From Octopus vulgaris (lineage: Eukaryota), in NCBI GenBank assembly GCA_951406725.2, contig OX597830.1, positions 78,430,001-78,494,000 on the forward strand: a stretch of DNA of 64,000 nucleotides. The letters run 5' to 3'. Below the pieces are notes generated by a model. The model was given only the letters and a program-made list of their open reading frames with translations, was not told where the DNA came from and ran no database searches. This document shows positions 59,464 through 64,000 of this stretch, one piece after another. The first letter of the stretch is position 1. The number at the start of each line of letters is the position of its first letter. Made by a program: the position numbers and the translations under genes.

Positions 59464-59852
59464 TGAAATTTATCTATATTTGTACGGTGTAAATTGGAAC
59501 AAATACTAATAACAAAATAGATTGCTCGGATTTCGATATTCATTCAAAATTTAGGGAATCGATTTCTTTACGCTCCCTATATCGTATTTAATCAATCAAT
59601 TTTGAAAACAGCACTGAGGATAAGACCATTCTTCCCCTTATTCCACATTTTGTGGTCGTTTGACCTGCTCGAAAACAGCAGTTAATCACCATGAAATCAT
59701 GCACTACTGTCTTCAATGTGAATAATATTTTGTTTTTGTTTTGTCCTTTTATCCAAGATTTAGATATCTTTCCGACTGTGGATTTCACTGAAGTCTTCAT
59801 TCGTAGACAAATTTATGTGTAGTAATTTATTTCTATTTCTACATCATTGCAT

Positions 59853-59900
<48 letters not shown>

Positions 59901-59902
<2 letters not shown>

Positions 59903-60059
59903 AGTAGCTGTGAGGTAGGTAGCTGGCTCACCAACCACATGGGTCTGGGTTCAGTCCCACTGCGAGGCACCCAGGGCATGTGTCTTCTACTATAGCCTCG
60001 GGCTGCCCGAAGCCTTGCGAGTGTATTTGGTAGACGGAAACTGAAAGAAACCCGTCGTA

Positions 60060-60113
<54 letters not shown>

Positions 60114-60418
60114 ATATCTAAACTGAATTCTTTTTCCTTGTAGGTTTGGATTTTATTCCCTCAAATAATAATTATTATATATATATATGCATGTGTGTGT
60201 GTTTGTATGTTTGTGTGTCTGTGTTTGTCTCCCCAGCATCGCTTGACAACCGATGCTGGTGTGTTTACGTCCCCGTACTTTAGCGGTTCGGCAAAAGAGT
60301 CCGATAGAATAAGTATTAGGCTTACAAAGAATAAACCCTGGGGTCGATTTGCTCGACTAAAGGCGGTGCTCCAGCATGGCCGCAATCAAATGACTGAAAC
60401 AAGTAAAAGACTAAAAGA

Positions 60419-60420
<2 letters not shown>
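59901..60420 (+). mobile_element. SINE family B with expanded internal microsatellite
   Basis: Same head, CORE-like segment and GGCGGTGCTCCAGCATGGCCGC...GTAAAAGA tail. Confidence 0.85.
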
Positions 60421-60462
<42 letters not shown>

Positions 60463-60924
60463 TTGTATTGGTGATGATGGCGGTGACGCTGATTATGATG
60501 ACGGTGCTTACAATGAAGGTAAGGCTGGTGGTGCTAGTTGCAGAGTCTGAGATGTTGATAGTGGTTGTATTGGCGATAGTCGATGGCAATAGTATTGCCA
60601 TTTGTTGAGTGGGGGTCGTCGCCATCGTGCAGGAGGTAGTGGTAGTGGTTATGGTGGTGGTGGTGGTGGTGATAGTGATGGTGGTGGCATTGGCGGTGGT
60701 TGCGGTGATGGAGTTAGTGCTGCTGCTGCTGCTGCTGCTCGAAGGGACAGGTGTTTTAGTTATTGTTGGTGTTGTTGATGATGGAGGCGGTGGTGTTGTT
60801 GGTGGCAACAGCGGTGGTGGTGATGGTGGAGGTAATGACAGAGGTAATAGTTGTTGCTAGTGGTGGTGGTAATCGTGCAGGCAGTAGGAGTAGTTACAGA
60901 ACCAATAGTTGTGATTGTTGTTGT

Positions 60925-61590
60925 TGTTTGTGGTAGTGGTGGTGGTGGTGGTGGTGGTGGTGGTGGTGGTGGTGGTGGTGGTGGTGGTGGTGGTGGTGGT
61001 GGTGGTGGTGGTGGTGGTGGTGGTGGTGGTGGTCGTGGTGGTGGAGGTGGTGGTCGTGGTGGTGGTGGTGGTGGTGGTGGTGGTGGTGGTGGTGGTGGTG
61101 GTGGTGGTGGTGGTGGTGGTGGTGTGGTGGTGGTCGTGGTGGTGGAGGTGGTGGTGGTGGTGGTGGTGGTGGTGGTGGTGGTGGTGGTGGTGGTGGTGGA
61201 GGTGGTCGTGCGTCGTCGTCGTCGTTGACGTTGGAATGGCGGAAGTTTTTGATGTTGTTCTTGTCTATGATGGTAGTAGTGATACTGATTATAGCTTTTG
61301 TTTTGTTGTAGTGGTGGTAGTGGTGGTGGTGGTGGTGGTGGTGGTGATTCTGGTGGTGGTGGTGGTTGGTGATGATGATGATACTGGTTGTGGTGGTAGT
61401 GGTAATGGTAGTTGTGGTGGTGGTGGTGGTAGTAGTAGCATTTGCAATGGTGATGGTAGCGGTGGTAGTGGTTGTGGTGCTAGTGGTGGTGGTGCTAGTG
61501 GTGGTGGTGGTGGTGGTGGTGGTGGTGGTGGTGGTGGTGGTGGTGGTGGTGGTGGCGGCGGCGGCGACGGTGGTGACGGTGGTAGTGGTG
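60925..61590. repeat. (GGT)n-rich tract
   Basis: Direct inspection; a similar tract lies at 18915-19320. Confidence 0.95.
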
Positions 61591-62025
61591 TTAGGGACAT
61601 TGGTTATAGTTGTTACAGTTATTATAGCTGTGTCGGTGTGGTGTGGCGTAGTAAGCTCTGGTGACGGGTATAGGTTAAGATATTGTTAGGGGCCAGGATA
61701 TCGGCAAGGGATGAGGGTAGAAGTTTAGCTACTATGGTGAAACATGTATAAAACATTTTTTAAAAAAAAAAGAGAAGGATTTCGATATTTCCAGTGTGTC
61801 GTTACTCTGGTCGGGTGAAGGGTGTGGTCCACTGACAGTGATGGAGTAGCCAAGAGATGTGTGGGATGCGGACTCCGTTGCTAAAGATGGTCAAAACGGC
61901 GCCCAACTTAAGCTGTTCTAACCGATCCAGACATTTTGTAGCCGCAGCCGTCCCGCTCTTTACCATCTTGCCATCCTTCTATCTCCTCCCACAGATGCAA
62001 ACGCTTATAGGACTACGCAAACACA

Positions 62026-62056
<31 letters not shown>

Positions 62057-62288
62057 GTACATACATACATATATATATATACACACACACAAGCATGTAC
62101 AAAAACACACAACCACACATACATGCACACACACATGTATGTATGTATATATATATATATATATACACACAAACACACACACACACATACACACAGATAT
62201 ATATATATAGCACCAGGTGGTGCTATTAAGTTAGACATGGCCTGGGCCAATACTGGCCAAAATCTTTCTAAGTTATTCTAAGTTAAGT

Positions 62289-62346
<58 letters not shown>

Positions 62347-62892
62347 TGTATGTATATACAAGGTTATTCTCAGTTCAAATATGCTTCTAGCATATTCGAA
62401 CCTGTAAGAAAGCCATAAAATGTGTTTTTTCATTAGGAAACTTTCTCCAAAATTTCTCAATCGCAAAACACAGTGAATGACGATCTTACGAGTTCGAATT
62501 CGAATATACACCAAATCTATTTGAACAGGTAATAACCTTATATTTATGCACATCACGACTTAGCGCTACCACTTCGTAACATACACACACACAAACACAC
62601 ACACACATACACACACATTTAGAAACGGTTAAGAGTGAAGGACCCTGAGTAAACTATACAGACCAAGATGCTAGGCTGCATATCCATTTTCTTTGGAATA
62701 GAAAAAAGTCTATCTTTATTTCTTCTCTTGCTGGTGTGTCTCAAATTTAAGTTAAATCAGTGTTTCTCAAAGGGGAGGCCTATGGGACGGTCGGACAAGT
62801 AGTTTTGAGAAAATTTGGTTTAAATGTTTGACAACTCAGCACCGTCCATTTTGCTCATATATATTTTATATATATATATATATACACGTACA

Positions 62893-62983
<91 letters not shown>

Positions 62984-63456
62984 ACAGCTTACCTTGCCGT
63001 ACTGATATGACTAAATGGCTCCTCTTAACATAGTACTAGAATTAAGAGTCAGGCAAAAAGCATCCATATATTCCCCTGTCGAATCAACGCAGCTTCGCAC
63101 TGCAGGAGGTCTCGTTTATTTCGAGCGCTTCGCAAGTCGTATCACCTCCAGTCGGCAGCTGATGAGGGGATGGGATTCTTGCATTTCAAACTGCATTGTT
63201 CTATTGTTTTCCTCCTTTATGATAGTATCAGTCATTGGACTACGATTATTCTAAAGCACCGCCCTAAATGGTTGCAGTCGGTTGTATCCATTATTTGTTT
63301 AAAGATAATAATTAGGTCTTTGGAGTCTATCTATCGAACAAGCAAGTTACTATTTTGATACAACTGGATGTAACACTACACCAGATTAAGTTCACAGAAA
63401 TACATAGACAAACACATGCGTGTATGAGAGTGTGCGTATGAATGTATGTGTGCGCA

Positions 63457-63589
<133 letters not shown>

Positions 63590-63619
63590 CTCTCTATATA
63601 TATGTATATATATATAGTC

Positions 63620-63855
63620 TTTTATTCTTTTATTCTTTTATTCTTTTACTTGTTTCAGTCATTTTACTATGGCCATGCTGTAGTACCGCCTTGAATAGAA
63701 TTTTTTAGTTGAATAAATTGACCACAGAACTTATTTCTTAAACCTAGTACTTATTCCATCATTTTCTCTTGCCCAACCGCTAAGATACGGATATTAAATA
63801 CAACAATGGGTGTCAAGCGGTGATGGGCAAATAAAGCAGACACAAAGACACATAC
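63620..63855 (-). mobile_element. SINE family B, diverged 3' half
   Basis: TTACTTGTTTCAGTCATT..GGCCATGCTG...CCTAGTACTTATTC. Confidence 0.7.
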
Positions 63856-64000
63856 ATGTAGATATATACAACAAAAATAAACGAGCCACAATCTCCGCTG
63901 GTCAGCTTGCTCGTCACTGCTCAACTCATGGACACAAGCAACGATTTCTTTACCGAATCGTAACTGGCGACGAAAATGGTGCCTGTACATCAATATGAAG

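Overview
Repeat-dense eukaryotic DNA, most likely from an octopus or other coleoid cephalopod (inferred from microsatellite load and SINE/LINE types). Only one host coding exon is supportable: the 3' homeobox exon of a labial/Hox1 gene at 31559-32136 (+). I could not find its hexapeptide-containing first exon in the window, and no other Hox gene is present. Nearly all other ORFs are microsatellite artefacts or decayed transposons: R4/Dong-like LINEs, a ~557-bp (TAA)n-associated non-autonomous element, tRNA-derived SINEs, Helitrons, mariner and DD37D/maT remnants, and a piggyBac-type MITE. The best hidden signal is a pair of type I hammerhead ribozyme motifs 353 nt apart at 314-705, inside a 215-bp inverted duplication (retrozyme/Penelope-like) and in the same orientation as Hox1. 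Other leads are YY1/Pho motif islands, Pbx-Hox1-type sites, a perfect 116-bp palindrome and a 70-nt UUCG-capped hairpin. All calls were made by eye and repeat boundaries are approximate.
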